A DNA stretch of 64,000 nucleotides from an uncultured delta proteobacterium (lineage in GTDB: Bacteria > Desulfobacterota > Desulfobacteria > Desulfobacterales > Desulfatirhabdiaceae), in assembly GCA_963789395.1 (NCBI GenBank), contig CAWBKP010000024.1:378477-442476 (forward strand), written 5' to 3'. A program made the position numbers and the translations under genes. Of the stretch, positions 30,150 to 40,438 are shown in pieces. The stretch's first letter is position 1. Every line of letters begins with the position of its first letter. The notes beneath the pieces were generated by a model. The model did no database searches and had not been told where the DNA came from. It was given only the letters and a program-made list of their open reading frames with translations.

Positions 30150-32858
30150 ATGTACACCTTAATCGGCAAGCACTTACATCACCTGCCTGCAGACGAAGTA
30201 ATCGTCCTTCTGGACAGCGATAAGGGAAAAGGGCTGGACATCTTCGAGGTCGATAAACGTCAGAAACATTTCGGCCCCAATGCGATCACCGGGAAAAAAG
30301 GGAAAGGGCCTCTGCTTCGCTTTCTGCTCCAGTTCCATCAGCCCCTGATCTACATCCTGATAGCGGCAGCTGCAGTTACCACCTTTCTTCAGGAATGGGT
30401 CGACGCCGGGGTTATTTTCGGGGTTGTGCTAGTAAACGCGTTCATCGGATTTATCCAGGAAGCAAAAGCGGTCAAAGCAATAGAAGCGTTGGCCAAGACG
30501 ATGACAACTGAGGCAACGGTACTGCGGTCGGGCGAGAAACGGCGCATCTCCTCGGCAGAAGTGGTACCGGGCGACATCGTCTTTTTGCAGTCCGGTGACA
30601 AAGTGCCAGCGGATTTGCGGCTGTTTCAGACACGGGATCTTCAGGTGGACGAGTCAGCTCTGACCGGAGAGTCGGTTCCTGTGGATAAAAAGGCGGATGT
30701 CCTCGATCACGACACGGCTCTGGCTGACCGGCGGAACATGGCTTATGCTTCGACGCTAGCCACCTACGGTCAGGGCTCCGGCATTGTCGTTGCCATTGGC
30801 GACCTAACAGAAGTGGGGCGCATTTCTGAACTTATCTCAACAACTGAGGCATTGGAAACCCCGCTGACCCGAAAGATCGCCCGGTTCAGCCATATCCTGC
30901 TCTATGCGATCCTGGCCCTTGCTGCGACCGCTTTTGTCGTCGGTCTCATCCGAGGTCAGTCCGTCTTTGATATGTTCATGGCGGCTGTGGCCCTATCAGT
31001 AGGCGCTATCCCCGAGGGTCTGCCGGCTGCGCTGACTATCACTCTGGCCATCGGTGTTGCGCGGATGGCGCGCAGACGGGCAATAATCAGAAAACTCACA
31101 GCAGTGGAAACCCTCGGCAGCACAACTGTCATCTGCTCCGACAAGACCGGGACGCTGACCGAGAATCAGATGACCGTTCAGGAGATATTGGCCGGTGGCG
31201 AGCGATTTGAGGTCACCGGCGCGGGCTACACGCCCTCAGGCCGAATCCTCAAGACAGGGGATACGGTGGATGCCCCCATGCCCTCGGCACTGATGGAATG
31301 TCTGAAGGCCGGGTTTCTGTGCAACGACAGCCTGCTGCTGGAGAAAGAGGGCCGGTGGGCGGTACAGGGTGATCCCACAGAAGGCGCATTGTTGGTTGCT
31401 GCGGTCAAAGCAGGTCTGGACATGGCCACCGCGCGAAAGAAATCGCTCCGCATCGATACTATTCCTTTCGAATCGCAGCACCAGTATATGGCCACCCTGC
31501 ATGACCAAGGAGCGGATATTCCCGGCATCGTTTATATCAAGGGTTCGGTAGAAACCATTCTGGAGAAATGTGATTCATGTCTCGATTCAGCGGGCCAATA
31601 TGGTGAATTGGATGTCGGACAGATCCATAGCGCGGTGGAAGAAATGGCAGCTAAGGGAATGCGGGTGCTCGCTTTTGCAACAAGAGAAACAGAACAAGGG
31701 ACAGCCGCGCTGAATCATCCTGATGTTGCTTCCGGCATGACCTTCATCGGTCTCCAGGGGATGATCGATCCTCCCCGGCAGGAGGCGATTACTGCAGTTC
31801 AGAAGTGTCACACAGCGGGTATTCGCGTCAAGATGATAACCGGCGATCATGCGCTGACGGCTTCCTCGATTGCACATCAGGTTGGTCTTCATAATCCAAC
31901 CAACGTTGTCACCGGAAAGGAGCTGATAGAAATTTCGGACAGTGAGCTGATTGTTGTTGCTGACCGGACATCCGTATTCGCCAGGGTGACACCGGAGCAA
32001 AAACTCCGCCTGGTTGAAGCCCTGCAGGCCAAAGGGAACGTTGCCGCCATGACCGGAGATGGGGTAAATGACGCCCCGGCCCTGAAACGGGCAGACATCG
32101 GCGTGGCCATGGGCATTACCGGAACCGACGTGGCCAAAGAGGCCGCCGATATGGTGTTGACGGACGACAACTTCGCCTCTATCGAGGCCGCTATAGAGGA
32201 AGGGCGAGGCATCTTCGACAATCTCACCAAGTTCATTGTCTGGACACTGCCTACCAACCTTGGTGAGGGCCTCGTGATCCTTGCGGCAATATTCGCCGGT
32301 GTGACGCTGCCTATCCTCCCGGTGCAGATCCTCTGGATCAACATGACAACCGCCGTACTGCTGGGACTCATGCTCGCTTTCGAGCCCAAGGAACCGGGTA
32401 TAATGACGCGGCCACCGCGAGATCCAAAGACGCCCATACTCACCGGGGTGCTGATTTGGCGTCTCTTCATTGTTGGGCTGCTGTTGCTCGCTGGGGCATT
32501 CGGCCTTTTCGAGTGGGAACTGATGACGGGAGCCACGGTTGTAGAGGCTCGCACTGTAGCAGTGAATGTATTTGTTCTTGTGCAGCTATTCTATCTCTTC
32601 AATTGTCGCTCCTTGACGCAGTCCATGTTCCGTCTGGGATTTTTCTCAAACCCGTGGGTGTTTGGCGGTGTTACGGTCATGATGATCCTGCAAGTGATGT
32701 TCACTTATCTGCCGGCAATGAACCTAATGTTTCACAGCGCACCCATCGGTTTTGAATCCTGGGGCCGGATACTGGCGGTATCCGTGTTTACTTCGTTTGT
32801 GGTTGGTGCTGAGAAATGGCTTCGCAGGAGGATCAAGAAAAGACGGTCAGTTCAGTAA
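30150..32858 (+). CDS. Cation-transporting P-type ATPase (type IIA / PacL-CtpF-like)
   Basis: DESALTGES, IPEGLP, CSDKTGTLT, MITGDH, MTGDGVNDAP and QILWIN; AAGGAG RBS. Confidence 0.95.
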   Translation: MYTLIGKHLHHLPADEVIVLLDSDKGKGLDIFEVDKRQKHFGPNAITGKKGKGPLLRFLLQFHQPLIYILIAAAAVTTFLQEWVDAGVIFGVVLVNAFIGFIQEAKAVKAIEALAKTMTTEATVLRSGEKRRISSAEVVPGDIVFLQSGDKVPADLRLFQTRDLQVDESALTGESVPVDKKADVLDHDTALADRRNMAYASTLATYGQGSGIVVAIGDLTEVGRISELISTTEALETPLTRKIARFSHILLYAILALAATAFVVGLIRGQSVFDMFMAAVALSVGAIPEGLPAALTITLAIGVARMARRRAIIRKLTAVETLGSTTVICSDKTGTLTENQMTVQEILAGGERFEVTGAGYTPSGRILKTGDTVDAPMPSALMECLKAGFLCNDSLLLEKEGRWAVQGDPTEGALLVAAVKAGLDMATARKKSLRIDTIPFESQHQYMATLHDQGADIPGIVYIKGSVETILEKCDSCLDSAGQYGELDVGQIHSAVEEMAAKGMRVLAFATRETEQGTAALNHPDVASGMTFIGLQGMIDPPRQEAITAVQKCHTAGIRVKMITGDHALTASSIAHQVGLHNPTNVVTGKELIEISDSELIVVADRTSVFARVTPEQKLRLVEALQAKGNVAAMTGDGVNDAPALKRADIGVAMGITGTDVAKEAADMVLTDDNFASIEAAIEEGRGIFDNLTKFIVWTLPTNLGEGLVILAAIFAGVTLPILPVQILWINMTTAVLLGLMLAFEPKEPGIMTRPPRDPKTPILTGVLIWRLFIVGLLLLAGAFGLFEWELMTGATVVEARTVAVNVFVLVQLFYLFNCRSLTQSMFRLGFFSNPWVFGGVTVMMILQVMFTYLPAMNLMFHSAPIGFESWGRILAVSVFTSFVVGAEKWLRRRIKKRRSVQ

Positions 32859-32880
32859 ATGTAAAATGATGAAAAGGAGG

Positions 32881-32952
32881 TGCGGTGGTCCCCAAAATCT
32901 GGACAATGTGACAAGCTGTAAATCAGCCTGAACAAGAAAGGATCTGACAATG
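32881..32952 (+). mobile_element. Isolated IS3-family-like left end (remnant)
   Basis: TGCGGTGGTCCCCAAAATCTGGACA resembles an IS3-type terminal repeat; AAGGA RBS and ATG at 32950 follow, but no transposase ORF. Confidence 0.5.
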
Positions 32953-33001
32953 GAGATTCCTGACCAGATCGATCCCCCTCATACCGGTTCTAAACAGACA
33001 G

Positions 33002-33130
33002 CGGATTCCGATCATTATTTGTAAATGATCAAACAACCAAAGCCATGGACTTGAAAGGGCTTCTCATAGAGCCCGTTGCAGCAGGAGATCTTGCTGAAAT
33101 TGTCAGAAAAGTTTTGGCTGAGGTAAATGG
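33002..33130 (+). pseudogene. C-terminal remnant of a response-regulator receiver domain
   Basis: RIPIIIC / VNDQTTKAMDLKGLLIEPVAAGDLAEIVRKVL resembles the end of hybrid-kinase receiver domains; N-terminal part absent. Confidence 0.55.
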
Positions 33131-33930
33131 CTCGGAAAATTCAAATATGCTTTCTGCCAGGAAGGGGACATCTTTTCCTTTCTTACCGGCCACTGAAAAC
33201 CAAAATGTCCGCACAACCGGCAAAACGCGGACATCTGATCCGCCATGATGTCTGATGGGCCGGGGAGGCGTTCTCTTCCCAGATGATACTGAAATATGCG
33301 ATCAATGCCGCCGGCAATTGCACACATATAATATCCGGATGGGGTCAACCCCAAACCGCAATCCGCAATAATTCGGCAACCGCCGGAATAATCAGAAAAC
33401 CGGTTTAATCGTGTATCAACAGGCGCCATGTTAAACGGCTTGAACAGGTTCACGCGGGAGGTCTTGAGCGTGCTTTTAATGATAATGCCGTCGGGCAGCT
33501 TCTCTAATACTTCGTGAACTTTTCTTCCAAAATAATTTGTGCAAAGTACCAGCCTGACACCCGGATTATGAACCGACCGGTAATCCTCCAGCAGTTTGAT
33601 AATATCAAAAATGCGGCTGTGAAGGGTCGGTTCTCCGCCCAGGATTCGGATTCGTTTCCATTGCGCTTTTTTTTCAACACTTTCCCGGATAAACGCCTCA
33701 ATCATTGAAACCGGCATCTCCGTGTCGCTGGGGGCCTGAGTACAGGAACGGTTGCAGTTGATACATTTTAAATTGCACTTGTAGGTGATATCGATTTCCA
33801 CAAATTCGCGGCTTGGTTTAAATTGCCGGCCGAACCATTCGGCCAAGAGTGATTGACAACGGATGAACTGGTAAAAATCCAGAGCCAGGCGTTTTACCGT
33901 GATATTTCGATGTCGGGGAGGAATCGTCAT
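33103..33930 (-). CDS. Radical SAM protein of unknown function
   Basis: CNLKCINC motif, ILGGEPTLH, C-terminal Cys cluster C..CG.GL.P.GYY.C...C..C. Confidence 0.88.
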   Translation of the reverse strand: MTIPPRHRNITVKRLALDFYQFIRCQSLLAEWFGRQFKPSREFVEIDITYKCNLKCINCNRSCTQAPSDTEMPVSMIEAFIRESVEKKAQWKRIRILGGEPTLHSRIFDIIKLLEDYRSVHNPGVRLVLCTNYFGRKVHEVLEKLPDGIIIKSTLKTSRVNLFKPFNMAPVDTRLNRFSDYSGGCRIIADCGLGLTPSGYYMCAIAGGIDRIFQYHLGRERLPGPSDIMADQMSAFCRLCGHFGFQWPVRKEKMSPSWQKAYLNFPSHLPQPKLF

Positions 33931-33987
33931 TCAGGTCCGATATTTTCAACCTGATATGTCTGTGTCGTAATGCCATCTCAGATGGCA

Positions 33988-35262
33988 TTACCGGAGTGTC
34001 TCTGATAAACAGGCCTGCTGATGATAAAGCACTTTAAAGTAGACCTTCTGAACTCGAGCGAATACGCCTTTCCAGGTAAAGGCGGCCATCTTATCCTCAA
34101 TCAGGGAAATGTCGATCCGGGGACACTTGATGGCTCCTGCCATCTGGATTTTAAGTGCCTGGGCTAGATTCTGTTCGAAAGCAGCCAAATCCTCGGTATA
34201 AGGTTGGTCCATTTTCCTCAAACGCGGTGTCCGGACCAGGGTGATGTAATCGGCTTTTAACATTGCCTACAATTTCCATAACTCCTGGCAGGTCTGTGGC
34301 TACCACTCGACAACCGCTGGCCAGCGCCTCTAGCACGACCAGCGGCAGGCCCTCGAATAATGACGGCAGGACAAAAATATGGGCCTCTTTTAATAAAGCG
34401 GCCAGAAGAGTTTGCGGTATCTGGCCGTGAACCACCACCCGTTCTCCGAGGCCTTGGGCCAATGCGCATGCACTCCTCCTTTTCTTTACCGATTCCGCCT
34501 CCCACAATATGCATCCGCCATTCCGGCGTCGTAATTTTTTTCAGGGCGTTGAGCAACCAAGGCAACCCTTTGGCGTTCAAGAGTTTGCCTGCGTAAACAA
34601 GCTGAACGGGCCGGGGTGAGGGCTTGGTGCCGGTAGTAAAGAGTGAATCATCGTAACCGGCCCCGGTAACAATTATTTTTTCCGGCGGCAGCCGGTAGTT
34701 CCCCACGATGTAGTCCTTCTGAGCCCCGGTCAGCACCATGGCCGCATCCAGGCGGCAGCACCCGCTCAATACCTTTTCACGAAGATGGGGGCAGTTCTGG
34801 AATTGACGAAGATCTGTTCCGTGGCAAGTGGTCACCACGGGAATATTCGGAAAAAGACGCCGCGCCAGGGAACTGAGCAGCCAGTTGTGATGGCTGTGGA
34901 TGATATCCGGACTGAAACGGGCCACTGTTTCTGTCAGCACACGTGCAAAAACCGTTTCGTATGTTTCGATATCCTGCGCGGACAGATCGGCAAACCGCGT
35001 ACTCGGGTAGGGCATAATATCCGTCATGCCGGGGATCAGGAAATGAAATATCGCCCCCGTTGAAGCGGACAAAGCGGCACTGTTCCAAGGAAACACTGTG
35101 GAGTTCGACGTCGCTGTCGGGCTGAATACCGGCGATCATAAAATTATCATGACCGCATTTGGCCGCTTCACGCATCATTGATTGCAGATAAATACCGCTG
35201 CCGGTCGAGTCCGGACGCTGACCCAGCACATGAAGAATTTTCAATTTCTGTTGTGTAACCAT
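33988..35262 (-). CDS. GT4 family glycosyltransferase (frameshifts near 35040, 34470, 34260)
   Basis: QRPDSTGSGIY, PDIIHSHH, TCHGTDL, YAGKL..AKG and FVLPSLFEGLPLVVLEALASG across four ORFs. Confidence 0.85.
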
Positions 35263-35525
35263 TGCAAAAGCTCAGAGGTTCCAATACCGAAGAAAACTGA
35301 AACAATTACTTACATCAAACCATATTTTTGGAATCATTCGAATTCGGTTGTCTTTAGTTTCCAACTTGTCGAATATCGGTTCAAGTTCAAATATATTATA
35401 TTTTATCAGTAAGATACGTCAAGTATTAAGATGCAGGGATAAAAACGTATGAATCCTGCATGAGAGGCTTTAAACTTCGGTGCAGGGGAAGACCCAGCGA
35501 CCACACGCTGATCGCATTCACCAAG

Positions 35526-35863
35526 TCACGAACAATTGAGAATCATGCTGTCGTTCGGTATGTATGGCTTATATGGCTGAACGGCCTCGTCAGCCATATA
35601 ACCGGGCACTGCAATTCCGGAATCGTACTGAACATAGTTCACGAATGTTCTGCCATCTATTCTGACTTTCATGCCTGTTGATCGGATGTTTTAAAGGCAC
35701 GATTGCGTATACTTGGTTGTACTTTGTCCTCTAACTTCGGATAGCCCAACACTTCCGCGCGTTTTCCGATATCTATTTCAAGATAATTTCTGGCGCCGTC
35801 AAGAATATTCTCACCATATTCCTCGGCAATGCTTTCAAGCACTTCCTTGAGATGTCTTTTCAT
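35526..35863 (-). CDS. Hypothetical protein (frameshifted)
   Basis: ORF 35669..35863 continues by manual reading as GMKVRIDGRTFVNYVQYDSGIAVPGY...PNDSMILNCS*; AGGAG RBS. Confidence 0.55.
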
Positions 35864-35937
35864 ATCCGCTCTCCTCTCTCATTAGATTTGATGAAGTCGT
35901 TTTTCAATTTTCCCGATCTGCTCCCGTGTTTCCTCTT

Positions 35938-37149
35938 TTATTCACTTTTGGTTGCCCATAACATGTATACCGGATCGGACAGCATCATGTTCAACCCGAA
36001 ATACTTGTCGTCATAAGGACGCGGTTTTCCCCGCATTGACCATGTATGAATGTTGCTGAACTTTTTGGACTGCAGAAAGTATTCCGTTACCAGGCCCATG
36101 CGCTCGAATTCGTGCAACTCTTTCCAGATTCTGATCGCCTTGGGCGGAAACCACCGGTTCGAAAAAGAGACGACAAACAATCCGCCCGGTTTCAATACCC
36201 TGGCCACTTCGGCAAACACGTGAAAGGGTTGCACAAGGTATTCCACGGATACCGTACACAAGACCGCGTCGAACTGCCTATCGTCAAAGGGCAACGAAGG
36301 ATTCGAGTTCAAGTCATGAAGCACGCCTGTGGTTAACCGCGGATTCGCTTCCAACTCCACACGGTTCATGCCCAATCCGGTCAATGAATCCAGTTCCAGC
36401 TCAGCCGGCAGGTGGGATTTCCAGCTGCTCATCAAATCGAGGACTTTCGATGCGGGACGAATCAATTGACCGTACATTCCCGATAGAACACCGATGGCCA
36501 TGTCATCCAGGTGATTGACGAGTCTGGGGCGCGTGTAGAATCCGCTGTCATCCGACTCATCTTCGCGCGCGAAAGAATCATCCGAAAAAAAATCCGTTGG
36601 GCGGCCATTACATCGGGCCTGCATTCCCGGGCCATTATGAATCAGATCCTGTAAAGCCATACAGGACCCGCCCCGTTCCGAGGATTTTGATTCGACAAAA
36701 TCGATAGCGACATCGACCGATATGTCCCGGCCGGCAAGGGGGTGGTTCATGTCAGCATGAATTTCGTTTCCGTCCGAGTGCACACATCGGAACGGTTCCC
36801 GGTTCACCTTGAACACACCCGCTACCCCTCTGAGCATTCCCCTGGGGTAGTATCTTCCATAACGTGTGACAAGGTTCATATCTTTATCGACTTGGTTGCT
36901 TTTGGCGTTCAGGACAAGGGATTCATCAACGTCAGGTACCAGTTCTCCCGGTCTGAAATCATGCGAAATTATGTCTTTCGGAGCTTTGTCCAGCAATTTT
37001 TCGTAGAGTGTTTCCGGAAAAATATCACGCCAGAAATTTACATTTTGAACATATCTGCACTCCGTATGAGAGCCGATGTCACTGTTCCAGGAAAACCGAA
37101 ATTCCATGCCCGCTACTGAATTCTTTGTCGTTGTGTTCATGTCATTCAT
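35938..37149 (-). CDS. Class I SAM methyltransferase with N-terminal SlyD/FKBP-like region
   Basis: C-terminal VLDLMSSW, FDAVLCTVSVEYL, LKPGG and FSNRWFPPKA; N-terminal ADMNHPLAGRDI resembles SlyD DFNHPLAG. Confidence 0.8.
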   Translation of the reverse strand: MNDMNTTTKNSVAGMEFRFSWNSDIGSHTECRYVQNVNFWRDIFPETLYEKLLDKAPKDIISHDFRPGELVPDVDESLVLNAKSNQVDKDMNLVTRYGRYYPRGMLRGVAGVFKVNREPFRCVHSDGNEIHADMNHPLAGRDISVDVAIDFVESKSSERGGSCMALQDLIHNGPGMQARCNGRPTDFFSDDSFAREDESDDSGFYTRPRLVNHLDDMAIGVLSGMYGQLIRPASKVLDLMSSWKSHLPAELELDSLTGLGMNRVELEANPRLTTGVLHDLNSNPSLPFDDRQFDAVLCTVSVEYLVQPFHVFAEVARVLKPGGLFVVSFSNRWFPPKAIRIWKELHEFERMGLVTEYFLQSKKFSNIHTWSMRGKPRPYDDKYFGLNMMLSDPVYMLWATKSE

Positions 37150-37361
37150 CCTTTATCTATAGTCAACACATTACTCTGTCCCAATACGGAAAAGCGCCAT
37201 ATCAACTTTGAAAAATACCAAAACAAGGATCATCCTGTTTTTTATACTTTTGTTATTTCTGGTTGACATATAAATTATGAATGAAATATAAATGTACAAT
37301 AAGAGAAAATACGGAGTATATCAGTAGGTAATAAACTACTAATTTAGACTGGATGGAATGA

Positions 37362-38264
37362 ATGCAGTTTGGAACTTCCAGAAAAGATGATTCTGAATCC
37401 ATATGTCCTTCGATCGGGTCGTTTGACCGAAGGCTGATCGATTCCCTGTCCGCCCAGATTGCGATCCTGGACAAAAGAGGGATTATACTGGAGACCAACC
37501 GGGCCTGGCGGGAATTCGGCATGGAAAACGATTTTCCGGGCGATGTTGGCGCGCGGGGATTGAATTATCTCGATGTTTGCGATCAGGCCGGTGGAAAGGG
37601 TGCCGCGGTTGCGAATCGTGCAGCCCAGGGTATTCGGTCCGTGATGACAGGCAAGTCTGGGGAGTTCACCATGGAATATCTTTGTGATACCCCGACTCAG
37701 GATATGTGGTTTTACATGCGTGTTACGCGAATTGACGGCCCGGAGCCTCATTTCGTTGTGGTTTGCCATGAAAACGTTACACCCCTCAAGCTTGCCGAGG
37801 AAATGATCCGGAAACGTGAGCAAGAGTTGGCCTTAAAGACCCTCAACCTGGAAGAAGTCAACACGGCCCTCAGGGTACTTGTGGAGCAACGTGAAAAGGA
37901 CAAGACGGATCTGGAGGAACGGGTGGTCTCGAACATACGACAGCTTGTCACCCGGTATATCGAAAAAATGAAGGAAACCCACTTGAATGACCATCAGAGG
38001 ACGCTCCTGGGCATCATCGAATCCCATCTGAAAGACGTGATATCCCCTTTTCTGCAAAAGGCGTCCGCCCTAAACAGTCAACTGACACCCGGCGAGATTC
38101 AGGTTGCGGCCCTCGTAAGGGAAGGCCTGACGACCAAGGAAATCGCCGGTACCCTGAACATTTCCGCTCATGCGGTCGATTTTCATCGGAAAAATATCCG
38201 AAGCAAACTGGGATTAAATCGAAAAAAATCAAATCTTCGCTCATACCTGATATCATTGGGTTGA
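37362..38264 (+). CDS. PAS-domain LuxR-family transcriptional regulator
   Basis: PAS region (IAILD..G.I..TNRAW, GLNYLDVC), coiled coil, LTPGEIQVA.L..EG.TTKEIA...VDFHRKNIRSKLG HTH. Confidence 0.9.
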   Translation: MQFGTSRKDDSESICPSIGSFDRRLIDSLSAQIAILDKRGIILETNRAWREFGMENDFPGDVGARGLNYLDVCDQAGGKGAAVANRAAQGIRSVMTGKSGEFTMEYLCDTPTQDMWFYMRVTRIDGPEPHFVVVCHENVTPLKLAEEMIRKREQELALKTLNLEEVNTALRVLVEQREKDKTDLEERVVSNIRQLVTRYIEKMKETHLNDHQRTLLGIIESHLKDVISPFLQKASALNSQLTPGEIQVAALVREGLTTKEIAGTLNISAHAVDFHRKNIRSKLGLNRKKSNLRSYLISLG

Positions 38265-38401
38265 TGAGAGCATTCACAAAGTCGGTGGCCTTCGGGGTGG
38301 GGTAAGGCCAAGCCAACTTCCATGCTTTAATTTCTATAAAAAGAAATGGCCTGATTTCTCAGGCCGTTATGGACAGTATCGGATGATACTGGACTATTCG
38401 G

Positions 38402-38478
38402 TGGTGGCGATGCAGGGATTTGAACCCCGGACACTGCGGATATGAGCCGCATGCTCTGACCGACTGAGCTACATCGCC
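38402..38478 (-). tRNA. tRNA-Met (CAT), probably elongator
   Basis: GGCGATGTAGCTCAGTCGGTCAGAGCATGCGGCTCATATCCGCAGTGTCCGGGGTTCAAATCCCTGCATCGCCACCA: 77 nt cloverleaf, paired G1-C72, encoded CCA. Ile2 not fully excluded. Confidence 0.92.
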
Positions 38479-38577
38479 GGATGCATTGATTTTTCAGAAC
38501 AAGTGGTAGTTGCCTGAAACACCGTCAAAACTTGGATTAAATATCAATTTCTCTTGAATGCGTCAAGCAAAAAACGC

Positions 38578-40421
38578 TTATGACGCAGCGGAAGAAACGA
38601 CTTCCGTTGTAAATTCTTCCATATTTGCCGGCAGGTTGGAAAAAATGATCATAAACGGGATCGAGGTGCCGGGCAAGACTTTCTGATTGGCGTGATTGTC
38701 TCCGGACTTGTTCTGAAGCCGCTGGCGGAGTGTGGCTGCATCTGCACCGGCCAGATCGGCGTCCGAAAGAATATTGCCGCAGAATACGGTTTCTGTTTTT
38801 GCAAGGGCTTTATCCTTGGTGTAGATTTTTCCGGCGATCTGAATGGCGCCGCGGGCTTCCGGGTATTCGTTTTTAACTTTGCCGGTGATGACGAAGAGTT
38901 TTCCGATTTTAGGGTTATCAATAAATTTGCTGCTGATATCAGCGGTTTTAATATTGAGGTTGCCCGGATCGGATACCTTGGAAGGTTCCGGCTGGCTGAT
39001 AAAGGGAATACCGATTCCCATGGAGGTAAGCAGCTTATATCCGCCATAAGCAGCCGCGACAATCACGGCCAGGATCAGTAAAATCAGAATCGGCGGGCTG
39101 ATTCCTTTTTTGGGTTCAGGACCCGCGTCCTCGAGTCTTTCGTCGATATCCGCATCCACGGAAATGGCTCTTTCTTTCTCTTCCGGTTCGGCTGCGAAAC
39201 CGGCAGATCCGGCTTGCAGGGAAGTTGCTGCGGGAATGGCAGTTTCAGATAAGGCGGGTTTGAAAGATTCCTTGGTTTCCTGCAGGGTGGCGGATTTTGA
39301 GTCGTCCGGATCAAGTTGAAGTTCATCAAATGTCAGATACTGGTCATCCATTTCCAGTATATCATCTGTTTCAGTGGATGAATCCGGAGGGGAAATAATA
39401 ATCGAATCAGCGCGATGGAAACTGTCCGCTCCGGCATTTAAATCACTCGCGCTGACCGCTTCCTCTTTCTTTTCTATGAGGCTTTCAATATCGGTCAACT
39501 CCAGGGTTTCAATGTCGTTGAATCCACTGATCGTGTCATCTGAAACCGGGGCATCTTCCAGGGTTGGCTCCCATTTGATATGCGTTTCTGCAGCCTCTTT
39601 TATCTGCTCATCAGCTGTTTCGAGCTCACCGGTAGATACGAGTGATATATCTGAAAAATCCATTTCGAGTGATTTTTCAAAATCATCCAACGATAAATCC
39701 TGCAGTTCGGACTCGGATAATTCTAAATCTGTTTCTGTTTCAATCGGGACATCAGAGACTTGATTCTTCGCGCCCTCTATGGATTCATCAAAAGAGATTT
39801 CGGAAAAATCCGGTTCAAATAGTTCATCCGATTTGTCAGGGAGCGTATCGGATGCGTCTGTTTCTATCAGAACAGGGGGGGAGATATCAAAGACGGGCTC
39901 ATCCTGTAGTTCACCGACTCCCGGCATGTCTATGGAGACGTCAAAAAGGTCGGATTCAGACAGTGTGTCGGGTGCCTCTGAAATATCGAGTGATTCCGAA
40001 GCGTCACCAGATGAAAGCGAGGCCGCTGCAAATAAGTCCTCTTGAGGTCCGCCAATGCATTTTCAGGTTTGACGTTGCCGTCTTCCTGGAGCAATTTATC
40101 AAGATCTGAAAAATCGAATTCAATGATATCTTTAAAATCCTCCGGCAAAACCGGGGATTCAGGAGAAAGAAACGAAGCGTGCTTGTGCCCGTCTCCGGAT
40201 TCAGCCAATGCGGAGGTTTCAAAAAGGGGTGGGGATAAACTATATTTGGCGGCGATATCAGAAGTTTCTGAGTTCGATGGTTCTGATTTTTCCTCGGGAT
40301 CGTACGGAAAAACCTTAAAAACCTTCTGACATTTCGAACACCTTACTTTTGTACCGGATACTTTAATGAGTTCATCGTTCAGGTTAAAGCTTGTAAAGCA
40401 CGCTTCACAGGTTACGATCAT
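38578..40421 (-). CDS. MJ0042-type zinc-ribbon / acidic linker / TM / DUF3426 protein (frameshift near 40030)
   Basis: MIVTCEAC...KVRCSKC, long D/E-rich linker, single TM, then LFVITGKVKN...PFMIIF. Confidence 0.82.
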
Positions 40422-40438
40422 GACATTTGCCTCGCTGC

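Noticed and set aside
35569..35601. Perfect 12-bp inverted repeat TTATATGGCTGA/TCAGCCATATAA
   Set aside because: Falls within the inferred coding sequence 35526-35863, has no U-tract and is single copy.
38270..38478. tRNA-Met as an integration site for the neighbouring accessory DNA
   Set aside because: No integrase and no duplicated tRNA 3' end seen in the window.
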